A stretch of DNA of 64,000 bases, taken from positions 62,746,001 through 62,810,000 of the forward strand of contig NC_086097.1 in NCBI RefSeq assembly GCF_963921235.1, in the 5' to 3' direction. Below the pieces are notes generated by a model that made no database searches, was not told the DNA's origin, and saw only the letters and a program-made list of their open reading frames with translations. Shown piece by piece: positions 50,479-63,401 of the stretch; position 1 is the stretch's first letter, and each line of letters starts with the position of its first letter. A program made the position numbers and the translations under genes. Origin of the DNA: Mobula hypostoma. Its lineage: Eukaryota.

Positions 50479-51566
50479 GCCAGCCACTGTGTGACTGTGG
50501 TACCACGACAGGTTGCGGAGAAGGCTAAGTGTATGTGTGCAGAAAGCAAAAGGCACTAGTTGTCTTCGTCAAGAGTCATGCCCCTTTCAGATGGCTATAA
50601 GACCAGTAACGATCAATAAACTCAAGTGAATATTTAAATTCAGTGAATATATTGTTAAATGGCTTATCCCAACACCTACCATATTAATAATCAATGCTGA
50701 AGTGCCAGATTTTTGAATAAGCAGAGTGATCAGGTTAAAACTGGCCAAGTTATAGAATGGACTGAGCCTTGCACCCAAATTCTTAATGTATAAAAAGCAA
50801 GTGAAATGATTCAGTACATCCTGTAAATTGTTTGCCCTCATTTCTAGCAGAAGGTCCTATATGCAGGAAAGTGGACAGGTATGCATAGGCACAATTTACC
50901 TTAGCACACCTGCTATATTCTGAATGTCATCTGCCCATGTGTTGACAACATCAAAGTGAATGAATCTCTTTCCTAATGATTGAAATTTGATTAAAAATAT
51001 TCAACATAGGACCTTGAATTAAAAACCAAAATACAAACAGGAGTAAGTCATTTGGATCCTCACATCAACATTCAATGGGTGACTTACCCTCAGCACAAGT
51101 ATCCTACACTAACCCCAAGTCATTGATTCCCTTGGTCTTCAAAATTCTATTGGTGTTCAGTTCCAAGCAGGAAGTCTAGATGTCTAGATATTTATAGACG
51201 CACAATTGAAAGCTTCATGTCCAGATGCACCACAGGTCGGTGTGGCAACTGCTCTGCTCAAGGCCACCGAAATTGCAGAGTTATGGGCATAGCTCAGTCC
51301 ATTATGAAAACCAGCGTTTCCTCCATTGACTCTGTCTACATTTCCTACTGCCTCAGAAAAGCAACCAACATAATGCAAGACCCCTCCCAACACTTTCATT
51401 CTCTCCTCTCCCATTGGCCAGAAAATTTAAAAAAGCTTGGAAACATGAACGATGAGACTCAAGGTCAGCTTCTAGCCCACTGCAATAAGACTCTTGAATA
51501 GATTTTCTGTACAATAAAGATGAACTCTTGATCTCTCAAGCTACCCAGTTGTGGCCCTTGCACCTT

Positions 51567-52400
51567 AAGAATCAGAATCAGGTTAATTACCACCATCTTA
51601 TATGTCATGAAATTCATTGTTTTGTGACAGCAATACAGTGTAAAATCATAAAAATTACTATTAATTATCAAATAAATAGCACAAAAAATGAATAATGAGG
51701 TAGTGTGCATAGGTTCATGGACCATTCAGAATCTGATAAGGAGGAGAAGAATCTGTTCCAAAATCATTGAGTTAAGGGTCTTCAGACTTTTGTACCTCCT
51801 TTCTAATGGTACTAATGAGAAGAGGGTATGTCCTGGTTGGTGAGGGTCCTTAGTGATTAAAGATTAAAGTCTATTACAAGTCTTGTGGCCCATCAGGCCG
51901 GTGCTAATGCCGGTTTCCATGACATGAAGCGACTGAGAGCACGAGACTCCCCCGGCCCGCCCCCACCCCGGATTGGACGCCAGTCTATCGTGAGATTAAA
52001 CCCCAGCAGTTTTGCCGGTACCCATTCTCAGCTGGGTAGACTGGAGTATTGTGTGGTTAAGTGCCTTGCTCAAGGACACACGCTGCCTCGGCAAAGGCTC
52101 GAACCCACGACCTTCAGATCGCTAGTCCAACGCCCTAACCACTTGGCCATGCACTACACGTCCTTAGTGATGAATGCTGTTTCTCGTGGCATTGCCTCTG
52201 GAAGATGTACTTGATGGTGAGGATGGTGTCAGTAATGGAGCTGGCTGGGTCTACATTGTGTACATTGGAATCTCTATACCAGACTGTTATGCAACCAGTC
52301 AGAATGCTCTCTACTACGTATCTATACAAATTTTCAAGTTTATGGTGACATACCAAATCTCCTCTAACTCTTAATGAAGTAAAGCCATTCGTATGCCTTA
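51567..52400 (-). mobile_element. Rex1/Babar-like 3' fragment with a nested SINE
   Basis: NLYRYVVESILTGCITVWY in ORF 52135; agaatcagaatcagg tail. Confidence 0.75.
51858..52159 (-). mobile_element. Young tRNA-derived SINE with a Meta/MESC-like central domain
   Basis: A box TGGCCAAGTGG, B box GGTTCGAGCC, core gtgtccttgagcaaggcactt...cccagctg..aatgggtaccgg; 12-bp TSD gtccttagtgat at 51846-51857 and 52160-52171. Confidence 0.85.
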
Positions 52401-52416
52401 TTCATGACAGGACCCA

Positions 52417-52680
52417 TGGAGAGTAGTGCTTAGCACGGCACTGTTATAACTCGGGGGTCGGAGATCAGAGTTTAATTCCGGCATCCTCTGTAAGGAGTTT
52501 GTACACCCTTCCCGTGAGTGTGTGGGTTTCCTCCAGGTGCTCCGGTTTCCCCCCCCCAGAGTCCAGAGATGTACAGTATAGCGGATAAATTGGTCATTGT
52601 AAATTGTCCTGTGGGTTGCTGGGCAACGCAGCTTGTTGGACCAGAAGGGCCTTTCCACACTGTATCACGAAAAAAATAAA
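52417..52680 (+). mobile_element. V-domain-type SINE
   Basis: gtgggtttcctccaggtgctccggtttccc core, ggtcattgtaaattgtcc, A-rich end. Confidence 0.8.
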
Positions 52681-53594
52681 CAAGTAAAGTCAATGAGCTG
52701 AGCCCGTGTGCTATCTAGATGGTAAAGACAGACAGGAAAACTGTAGGGGGTATAGGTTAATTATAGGTAAATAGGGATTCGATGAGAAATGCATTTTGGT
52801 TGACATGTACGAAGTTGGCCAAAGGGCCTGTTTGGATGCTGTATACTGTAACTTTAAAAACCAAATATTTTTAAGTTAAACTTCACCATCTCCGTAACTT
52901 TTAATTAGTCCTTCGTTTGGACATCAAGACAAGTTGAAGCATTCATTTAGCACACCAAAGATATGTGTGATCTGATTGTGAGATTTGTACATTTTTACCA
53001 AAAGAAGATCAGTCACATTACTGTTAAACTTTATTTGGGATTTTGGACTATGCTCTGAACTTTGTTGGCAATTTAGGTCATGTGCAGCAAGTGCACGCTG
53101 ACAGCTGAAGTCTCATCTCAGACTCAATAACTCAGGATTTAGATTGGGAATAGAGCTCAGGATCAGGGAAAACTGAAGTTCAGCTCTGCCAATCATGCCA
53201 GTTCACATTTCAAATCCAACGTCTGGATATGATGTTAACATATCTTCTATTCTAACATATCAAAATACCATACAATAGTTCACCTGCCAAAACACCCTCT
53301 CTAAGTCTCTCAAAGATCTCAGTAATGTGCCAAGAACACATTTACATGGACCTTCTAATATTCAGTAAGGCTCAGTAAAGCAAGAAAAAACAGTGACAGT
53401 GTTTTCAAAGTTCAAAGTTCAAAGTAAATTTATTATCAAAGTATATATATGCCACCATAAACAATCCCAAGATTCATTTTCTTGTGGGCATACTCAATAA
53501 ATCTATAGAATAATAACCACAACAGAATCAATGAGAGATCACCCAACTTTGGCAATCAACTAGAGTGCAGAAGACAACAAACTGTGCAAGTACA

Positions 53595-54309
53595 TGTAGC
53601 CCCCGGTAAGCCTCAGGGTCACTCGACTCACTGTCCTCTAGGGAAACAGCCCTCGGCCCCGCCAAACTGGGTAAGTAAGTTTGTGTGGATGCTGTGTGAT
53701 GTACCCCACTCTGCCAAATAACAGACAATACACCATATACAATTAAATGAATTACAGTTTATAGGTATTACTGGAACTAGGTAATTAATGGAGATAAAAT
53801 ATAAAAGGAAAATAAAAGGCGCCACACTTATCGAAGTTCAATCTCTTCGTGCACAAACAGTTGGAGCTCTAGTAACGATCCTTTCCTCACCATTCGATCC
53901 CCTCTGACCACCTCGACCTGCCGCCTGGGACCAACCACGGTTGTCAACCAGACGCTCCACACGAGTTGGTCTCCGTCTCCTCTCCTCGCCGAAAACCCTG
54001 AACCTTGGACTCCTGCTCGGAGTCCGACCCCGTTAGCCAGCTCATAGCACCTTGTCCATTCTCTCTCCCTCTGTCGCGCCTTCTCCCCAAAAACCCGTGC
54101 ATCACAATAACTTACAGACACACAGAAAGAATAACGTCTATCCCAATTGATTCGTTCACTCTCTTATCAATAACATAATCCAAACAAACTGCTAGCAGGA
54201 GGACTTTCTCAGCAGTTAACATAACAAAGAAGCCATTTCATTTTATAACATAACAAAGAAGCCATTTTAATTAGCCTACACAGTAACATAAAAGAAGAAA
54301 CCCCTTACG
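53595..54309. mobile_element. Solo LTR (715 bp)
   Basis: Ends tgtagccccc...ccccttacg (CA mutated to CG); 4-bp TSD taca at 53591-53594 and 54310-54313; interrupts the LINE 3' UTR. Confidence 0.8.
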
Positions 54310-55409
54310 TACAAAAAGAAGAAATAATAATAATAATAAACAAGTAAGCAATAAATATCAAGAACATGACGAGAAGAGTCTTTGAACGTGAGACCATAGG
54401 TTGTGGGTACATTTCAATGATGTGGCAAGTGAATTTGAGTGAAGTTATCCCCTTTGGTTCAAGAGCCTGATGATTAAGGGATAGTAACTTTTCCTGAACC
54501 TGGTGGTGTGAGTCCTGAGGCTCCTGTATCTGCTTTTTGATGGCAGCAGTGAGAAGAGAGCATGTCCTGGGTGTTTGGGGTCCTTGATGATGGATGGTGC
54601 TCTCTTGTGACAGTGCTTCAAGTAGATGTGCTCTGTGGTTGAGAAGGATTTAACTTTGATGGAGTAAGTCCAATCCACTATTTTTGATAGGATTTTCCAT
54701 TGAAGAGCAATGCTGTTTACATACCAAGCTGTGATACAGCCAGTCAGTATAATCTCCACTAAACATGAATAAATGTTAGTCCAAGTTTTAGATATCATGC
54801 TGAATCTCTGCAAACTCCGAAAGAAGTGTGTTTTCTTCATAATTGCACTTACGAGCTTGGCCCAGGACAGGTTCTCCATAATAACATCAAGGAATTTAAA
54901 GTTGCTGACCCTCTCCACCTCTTATCATCCGATGAAGACTGGCTCATGAACTTCTGGTTTTCTTCTCCTGAAGTCAATAATCAGCTCCTTGGTCTTGCTC
55001 CTTGATCTCCATCCTATATGCTGATTTATCGCCACTTTTGATCCAGCCTGTGACAGTGGTGTCATCAGCGAACCTGAATACGACTTTGGAGTTGTGCATA
55101 GCCACACAGTCACAAGTGTGTAGCCAGCTGAGCAACAGACTAAGCAACAAGCCTCGTGGTGCCCCCGATGCTGATGGAGATCATGGAGGAGGTGTTGTTG
55201 CCAAGTGAGAGTCTGCAAGTGAGGAAATCGAGGATCCAATTGCACAAGGAGCTATTGAGGCCAAGGTCTTAGTGCTTATTGATTAGTTTTGAGAGGATGA
55301 TGGTATTGAATGCTGAGCTGTAGACGATAAAGAGCATCCTGATGTATGCATCTTTGTTGTCCAGATGTTCAAGGGTTGAGTGAAGAGCTAATAAGATGAA
55401 ATCTGCTGT

Positions 55410-55549
55410 CATCCTCTTTCCACAACAGTCCTGATCTTTTCCTGTCCCGATGAAGAGTCTTGGCCCAAAAAGTCGACTGTTTGCTTTTTTCCATGGATGT
55501 TGCCTGGCCTGCTGAGTTCCTTCAGTAACTTTGTATGTGTTGCCTTGAC
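55410..55549 (+). mobile_element. Solo PLE pseudo-LTR insertion lacking the terminal tail
   Basis: TSD atctgctgt at 55401-55409 and 55550-55558; decayed hammerhead ccgatgaagagtcttggcccaaaaagtcgac. Confidence 0.8.
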
Positions 55550-56499
55550 ATCTGCTGTGAACCTGGTGCTCCGGTAGGCAAATTGGAGTAGATCTAAGTT
55601 GCTTCTCAGGCAGGAGTTGATATGTTTCACCACCAACCTTTCAAAACACTTCATCACTGTGGATGGAAGTGCTACTCTGTGGTAGTATTTGACGCAGGTC
55701 ACCACATTCTTCTTGGGCACAGGTATAATTGAAGCCTTCAGGTGGGTACCACACACTGCCAAGGTGAGAGGTTAAAGATCTCAGTAAACACTCCAGTTAG
55801 TTGATCAGCTGTTAGTATTTGCCTAGGTACCCCATCTGGGCTGGATGCTGCTTTTCATGGGTTCACCTTCTTGAAAGCTGCTTGCACGCCAGCTCCAGAG
55901 ACTGAAATCATAGGATCAATGGGGAATGTCGGAGTTTATTATCGTTCCTCCATGTTTTGATCATCAAAGTGAGCGTAGAAGGCATTGAGGTCATCTAGAA
56001 GTGAACCCCTGCTGTCGCTCATGTCACTTAATTTAACTTTATAAGAGGTGATAGTATTCAAGCCCAGCCACAACTGTCAAGCATCCTTCACTAATTCAAT
56101 TTCTTTCCAAAATTGCCACTTTGCCCATGAGATGGCTTTCTGGAGATCGGATCTGGACCTCTTGTAACTTTCTTGGTTACCAGATTTTAATGCCGCTGAT
56201 CGGGCTCTCAGCACATTGTGAATTTCATGATTCATCCAAGGCTTCTGACTGGGGAAGATTCTGAATTACTTTTTGGGGACACATTCATCTACAACTGTTT
56301 AAATAAAGTCCGTTAAACTATGGTGTATTCATTCAGATCCATAGATGAGTCCTTGAACATAGCCCAGTCCACCAACTTGAAGCAATACTGTAGCCACTCC
56401 TCTGCCTCCCATGACCACCTAATCTCTGGAGCTTTGCTCTTTAGCCAAGTGGCATATGCAAGTAGGAGAAAGACTTTTGTAACAATTTACTTTCATGAA

Positions 56500-56632
56500 G
56501 ACAAGTGATGCCGCAGATACTAAATATCCAGAGTAACACACACAACACACCGGAAGAACTCAGCAGGTCAGGTGGCATGTATGGAGAGGAATAAAGAGTC
56601 GACATTTCAGGCTAAGAACCTTCATCAGAACT
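56500..56632 (-). mobile_element. Solo PLE pseudo-LTR with hammerhead motif at 56597-56632
   Basis: Minus strand agtt-CTGATGA-aggttcttagcct-GAAA-TGTC-gact. Confidence 0.8.
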
Positions 56633-57797
56633 CAGTAGCTTAAATTGTATTTTATACAGCTTTGCTTTGGGGCACACCTGTGAATGCAACCAATGACTCA
56701 AGGCTGCAGTCAGCACTGAGATGAATTATTTTGCATTCAAGTTAGTCCCTAAGATTCCTACCTTTTTGTTCTTGAGAGCTAAGCTAAAAATATGAACAAT
56801 AAAAGATTTTTTGTGTTTCAATTTTATCCTTACCATCTTAAAAATCTTCAAAAAATGCAGAACATTTTTCTTAATCCATAATTATGAATATAAAATTCCC
56901 AAACAATGATCTTCTTATATTTGAACTATTAGTTCTATAAAGTTTCATTTGGACTGGGCCAAAAAGAGTTGTAAGACAAAAGTTACATCAATTTGCTGCA
57001 ATGCCGTTTTAAGATTCAAGATCTTGGGCTGGCATTTGAAATCTGTGCTGATTCTGCAGCAGAATGTGATCTGTTGAGGGAGTACTGATTCAAAGCCTGT
57101 CTCACCACCTCCTTGGGGAAGTGTAGGTTTGTTAATTCATGCTCCATCTGCGTTGAACCAATAGAATCGTTTACAGGGCCTTTCTCGAACGTGAATTAAG
57201 GTTTAATTTGTATTGAATGACAATTGTAAATCAGTGTATAAACAAGCAGCAACAGTTTTTTTTCTGGTGTTTACCTTTTATAGCTGACTAGAGAATCAGT
57301 CACTTTGTTATTAGTATTCAGAGCATTTTTACAGCCCAAAATGCCTGATCTCACAGTATGGTAGCTTTAATTTACAACACATGCTTGATTTGTTAAGTAC
57401 TTTTATTTTTAAATTGTTTTTTCCCCCACATTTGTAGCTTCCTGACATTGATATTTCGAATTGCTTGTTATAAAAGATTAAAAATGATGAACATATATTT
57501 TTGCATGGTGTACAAAACATCACTGTTATTGCTTATGTATTATAGTTAAATTAACAAATTTAATGAGTTGCACTAGAAAGTAGTGATTAATAATCCCTGA
57601 AATTAGCAACAAATTGCAGCATTAGGCAGAATCTCAACACTGAGATATGCACACAGAGCTCCTGCAGGAAGGAACTGCAAAAGGCTCACTCCATCTTCTT
57701 GGATAGCCCTCATTCACATGACCATGCCGAGACCTGTACTGATACATTGTTGTACCAAGCACAGTTGTTTTGATGACAGCAGCTTATCCTATGCAAA

Positions 57798-58690
57798 TGG
57801 CAGCATGATAGCACAGTGGTTACCCCAGCACTTTACAGAACAGGGGGCCGGGTTCAGTTCCCGTCACTGTCTGTAGGGAGTTAATACATTCTCCCCATGA
57901 CCATACAGGTTTCCTCCGGGTGCTCTGGTTTCCTCCCACCGTCTAAAGACATACTGGTTGGAAGGTTAATTGGTCACTGTAACACATCACACCCTGCAAA
58001 AACTCATTTCAGGGAGGTAGCACAACCACCCCCAGACATCAATAGAGTAGCTCCTTAGCAGCTAGCCAGCTAGTTTAAGTAACGTTAGCTATGCTCATGA
58101 ACGAATGACACCTGTTAAACTCACCTCAACATGTCTTTTACATTTTAACCCACCATGGGCAATAGAAAAGTCACTGTTGCAAACAGTGCAGCGAGCAACA
58201 CTGTCAGTATTTTTGACCCCTATTAGGCAGGGGTACACTTTAGGGTAGTCTGGGGTGACGTACGTTTTATACTTTCTTTTTTTGGAACACTCTGCCATGG
58301 TGCTGCAGGGCCCTAATCTGAACCGATAGACAATGAAAGAGAGAGAGAGGTCGACTGTAAAGCCCACCCACAGAGAAAACTGATAGGTCTACTTAGCACA
58401 ACGAGAACCCAATCAGGATGTTCTCTCTGTCACTCTCTCGCTGCGTCTGTCACTCGCGCTCTCTCTCTCTCTCTCTCTCTCTCCCTCTCCTCCCTCTCGC
58501 TAACTCGCTCTCAAAAAAAATCGATTTCCAGGATATTGTATATAAATTGCGGGAATCAGGGTGCCACTATCAATATGCGTGAGACTGCCAGAACTTCCGG
58601 GAGAGGTGGGATGTCTGCCGTAAATTGTCCCATTAAATCAAGGGATGAAGGGCCTACTCCACACTCCATCTCAATAAAATAAAATAAATA
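57798..58690 (+). mobile_element. V-domain-type SINE split by a hAT derivative
   Basis: Head tagcacagtggtt...gggttcagttccc and core ggtttcctccgggtgctctggtttcctcccac; the motif ggtcactgtaa|attgtccc is interrupted at 57982/58624. Confidence 0.8.
57983..58617 (-). mobile_element. Internally deleted hAT-like DNA transposon retaining the first transposase exon (BED-type zinc finger)
   Basis: 58298-58125 encodes MAECSKKRKYKT...ARCTVCNSDFSIAHGGLKCKRHVE, followed by donor GAG|gtgagt. Imperfect TIRs (cacatcacacc / ggtgggatgtctg); flanks ctgtaa and ccgtaa. Confidence 0.75.
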
Positions 58691-58715
58691 ATGTCCTGTT
58701 TATAGCTCCACCTCT

Positions 58716-61700
58716 GTCATAGAGAACACTACAGCACAGAAACAGGCCATTTGGCCCATCTAATCCATGCTGAACTATCATCTGCCTAGACCCATTGACC
58801 TGCACCCAGACCATAGCTCTTAACACACCTCCCAACACACCTCCCATCCGCATACATATTTAAATTTCACTCAGGTGTTGAAATCCAACCCGAATCCACC
58901 ACTCCCACTGGCTGCTCGTTCTACACTTTCAACAGCCTCTGAATGAAGAAGTTTCCCCTCATGTTCCCCTTCACCAGTTCACCTTTCATCCTTAACCCAC
59001 CTCCAGTTCTAGTCTCACCCAACCTCAATGAAAATAGCCCTCTTGTATTTACCCTAAGAAAACATCTCATCATTTTGTTGCCTCTATTAAATCTCCCCTC
59101 CTTCTCCTGCACTCTGGGGAATGAAGTCCAGACCTGCTCAACCTTTCCCTAGAACTCAGGTCCTCAAGTCCCAGCAATATCCTTGTAAATTTTCTCTGCA
59201 CTCTTTCAATCCTATTTACATTTTTCCTGTAGATACGTGATCAGAACTGGACATACTACTCTAAATTAGGCCTCACCAATGTTTTATATAACTTCCCGAC
59301 TCCTGTACTCAATACTTTGATTTATAGAGGCCAATGAGCCAAAAGCCTTTTTTACAACCCTGTCTACTGTGACACCACTTTCAATGAATCATGAACCTGT
59401 ATTCTGAGATTTCTCTGTTCTTCCACACTCCTCAGTGCCCTACGACTCACCGTGTAAGTCCTATTCTGGTTTGTCCTCACAAAGTGTAACACCTCACATT
59501 TGCCTGTATTAAGTTCCATGTGTCATTTTCAGCCCATTTTTCCATCTGGTCCAGATCCTGCTGCAAGTTTTAATAGCCTTCCTTGTTCTCTATTATGCCC
59601 CTAACTAGCTGTCAACAACAAATTTGCTGATACAGTATATTACATTATTTTCCAGATTGTTGATATAGATACCGAACAACAATGGACTCAGCACTGATCC
59701 CTTTGGCACACCACTAGTCACAAGCCTCCAGTCAAAAAGGCAACCATCTACTGTCACTCTCTGTCTTCTCCTCTGAAGCCAGTGTCCAATCCACTTTACT
59801 AACCCATATTGAATGGCAAGTGACTGAAGCTTCTTGACCAACCTCCCATGCGAACCTTGTCAAAGGCCTTGCTAAAGTCCATACAGACAACATCCACTGC
59901 CTTGTCTTTATTGACTTCCCTTATAACTTCCTTAAAAAACTTTTTTATGATTGGTTAGGCACAACTACACACACAAAGCTATGTTGACTCTTCCTAATCA
60001 GTCCCCATCCATCCAAATACTTATATATGTGGTCCTTTAGAATACATTCCAATCAGGCTCACTGGCCTGTAATTTCCCAACTTATTTTTAGAGCCTTTCT
60101 TGAACAACAGAACAACATTACTATCCTCCCATCGTCTGGCACATTACCCATTGCTAAGGACATTTTATATATAGCTCTCCTAGGGTCCCTGCAATTTCTG
60201 CACTAGCCTCCCACAAGGTCCAAGTGAATTCCTTGTCAGGCCCTGGGGATTTATCCACCCTAATTTGCCTCAAGACAGCATACATCTCCTCCTCTTTAAT
60301 CTGTATACAGTCCATGAACTCACTGCTGCTTTGCCTAACTTCTCTAGACTCGGTGTCCATCTCCTGAATAAATACAAATGGAAAGAATCCGTTTAAGATC
60401 TCCTCCACCTCCTTTGGCTCCATGCATGGAGGACCCTGTAATCTTCAAGAGGACCAGTTTTGTCCATTGCAATAATTTTGCTCTTAATATATCTGTCAAT
60501 GCCCTTAGGATTCTCCTTCACTTTGTCTGCTAGAGCGAACTCATGTCTTCTTTAAGCCTTCTCAATTTCCTTCTTAAGTGTTTTCTTGCATTTCTTTTAC
60601 TTCATGAGTGCCTCATTTGTTCCTTCCTGCCTATACCTGCTTTGTACCTCTTTCTTCTTCTTACCAAGGGCTTCAGCATCTCTCAAAAACAAAAGTTTGC
60701 TAAACCTGTTAGACTTGCCTTTTATTCTGAAAAGAACAAACAAACTCTACTCTAAAAATTTCACTTTTGAAAGCCTCCCACTTAGCAGCCACACCTTGGC
60801 CTGTAAACAACCTATCCCAATCCACAGCAGCACACACAAAATGCTGGAGGAGCTCAGCAGATCAGGCAGCATCTATGGAAATGAGTAAATAGTCAATGTT
60901 TTGGGCCGAGACCCTTCTTCAGGACTCATTCTACACTTGTCAGATCTTTTCTATTTCCATCAAAATTGGCCTTTCTCCAATATAGAATCTCAGCCTGAGG
61001 ATCAGGCCTAATTTCTCCACAATTATATTGAAACTAATGACATTATGATCACTAAATGCACAGTATTCCCCTACTCAGACTTCTGTCATCAGCCTTGTCT
61101 TGTTCCCTAATAGATCTAGTGTTGAACTCTCTCTAGTTCGGACTTCTTTGAAGTGATGAGGGAAACTTCCCTGAATACATCTGACAAACTTTACCATATC
61201 CAGCACTTTTACAGTATGGGGGTCCCAATCAATATGTGGAATGTAAAAATCACCTACCATCACAATATTATGTTTCTTGCAACAATCTCTAATCTCTCTA
61301 CAAATTTGCTTTTCTAAATCCTGATGACTATTGGGTGCTCCATAATATAAAAATCCCATTAACATGGTAACCCCTTTCTAATTCCTTAGTTCCACCCATA
61401 AAGCCTCAGCAGATATGCTGTCCAATCTCTCCTGTCCGAACATTGCTGTGATTTTTTTCCCTGATTAATAATGCCACCCCTCTCCCTTTAATCACTCTTG
61501 CTATATCATGTGTAAATCAACGAAGCTCTTGAACATTGAGCTGCCAGTCCTGCCCCTCCTGCAACCAAGTCTCATTACAATATCATAATTCCACGTGTTG
61601 ATCCATGCCCTAAGCTCACCTACCTTTCCTACAGTACCCCTTGCATTGAAGTATGCACAACTCAGAACATTATTCCCACCATGCCCAACCTTTTCGAATG

Positions 61701-61960
61701 TAGGCTTAACAACATCTTCCCCACAACAACTCACTTTCTGCATTGACACTCTAGTTCCTATCTCCCTGCAGCTCTAGCTTAAATCCCCCAGAAAAGCTCT
61801 TCCTCAAGAATATTAGTCCCCCTCCAGTTCAGGTGCAAACCATCCCCCCCGTACAGGTCCCATATTCCCTGGAAGAGAGCCGAATGATACAAAAATCTGG
61901 AGCCCTCCCTCCTACACCATTTCCTGAACCACGTGTTAAACTGTATTGTCTTCCTATTTC
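58716..61960 (-). mobile_element. Long CR1 LINE (ORF1 esterase end plus ORF2), inactivated
   Basis: WDLY..DGLHLNWRGTNIL-like ORF1 end at ~61800-61870, then YFNARG, VGDFYIPHIDW, DKSPGPD, SGVPKGSVLSPLLF and ISKFVVD. Confidence 0.9.
60829..60927 (-). mobile_element. Solo PLE pseudo-LTR nested in CR1
   Basis: cacacacaaaatgctggaggagctcagcag...gggccgagacccttcttcaggact. Confidence 0.8.
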
Positions 61961-63401
61961 TTTGGTATTTGCTTTTTCAAAGAAAGACAACACTTAGAAC
62001 AAACCCCAACAATATGTACTCATGAGGCTCCCACCTGTGTCCTGTTTACATAAAAAGAACTGATCTGGACAAGCACTTGAATTACCATGAAGGCTACAGA
62101 CAAGCGTTGGTAATTTAGATTAGTGTGGTTTTGTGCTTCATGGCTTACGTGATCATAGTGGGCTGAAGTGCTTGTTTCTGCGCTATATGACTCTTTTGAA
62201 CAATAGAGGAGCTTTGTGCATTGTTTGATCTAAATCTTATTCCACCTGATGTCTATTAGGCAGTATGATTCAGTTTGTTTCACCCTCTTAAGAATTTATT
62301 GACAGTCAACCACCTCCATCACACAAAATGGTCATCAGTGCAACTTCCACAGTTCAATAAGGTATCCTTTCAAATGTGCTGTACGTTTCTTTTTAATGTT
62401 ATATTTTAATTCAAAGAAAAGACAAGCAAAAATGTAAGAATTGCATCATTATGGAGCTGTTAGATTTTATTTCTAATACTAAATGCAACTCTGGCCTCAT
62501 TTTAACAGGGCAATTCATGTTGGTAGCTGGTGTCAGAATAGCGATTAAGTACCTGTCTGTCCTAATGATGCACCCACTGTCAAACACTGATAACATCGAC
62601 TCTGTTTCGAAAATTTGAGATGCAGAGCTAAACCACACATACACCAAGACATGGTTTTTCTATAAAGTACTTATCAATCAACTCTGTGGCATATATCAGT
62701 GCCACAACAAACAGAAGATTGTAGAAATGTTCAGCCTCAAAGCTTGTCCGGCACAATTACTATCAATCAAACAAGAGCGCATGCTGCTTCAAAGAATATA
62801 TTAAAGAATTCATATTAATCAATCATGTGCAGTTCTTATTTTTATGCACATAATGTTTTTTTCTTCACCTTCGCCTTTTCTGATCATAGAAAATATTAAA
62901 TTTATATTGCAGCATAAATATTTAAAGCAGGATTAATAACATTGTAAAAGTAATGAACCAGCATTGATGCCACCAAACACTTAAGTGCTTCTAATGAAAA
63001 TTATGTTATGTGTAAAGATGCATGTGTTATTGTGTGGAATGGAGCTTTGCTTTCTATGCTGGTAATGAATGACCTGAATGAAATGAGTGAACCCCATTAT
63101 ACAAATGGTACAATAAATGAGAATGATCACGCTCAGCTGAATCCTCTGTTTCTAAAGTATGTACAACAGATGATACCTGACATTTTTCAAGTAATATTTC
63201 AATAATAGAAATAAAATAATAAAGAGCTTAACTAACCGTTAGTTTGCAAATTACAATCTGCTGGCAGCCATTTCACACTATCACAAAACTCATGGTCTAG
63301 TCCCCAGATTTCATCTTGAATATGCTGCACTTCAACTTGCCATCCAAAATGAATCTTTGACAAGAATGCTGCATTTTGCAGCACTGTAATTCTTTACTTA
63401 A

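Larger units (their letters stand above)
53405..56460 (-). mobile_element. Long Rex1/Babar-like LINE fragment hosting a solo LTR and a PLE pLTR
   Basis: IIPVPKK...[15 protein letters not shown]...LQFAYR (ORF 55409) and ERVSNFKFL...KDPKHPGHALFSLLPS (ORF 54445); (ttcaaag)n tail. Confidence 0.88.

Noticed and set aside
51878..51920. GAAA-ccgg...ccgg-c-CTGATGG in the SINE tail (minus strand) resembling a permuted hammerhead
   Set aside because: Lacks the UH cleavage site, stem I and the final A of CUGANGA.
52085..52159. tRNA gene-like sequence (also 39270-39345 and 39537-39605)
   Set aside because: These are SINE heads followed by SINE bodies and flanked by TSDs; no complete acceptor stem.
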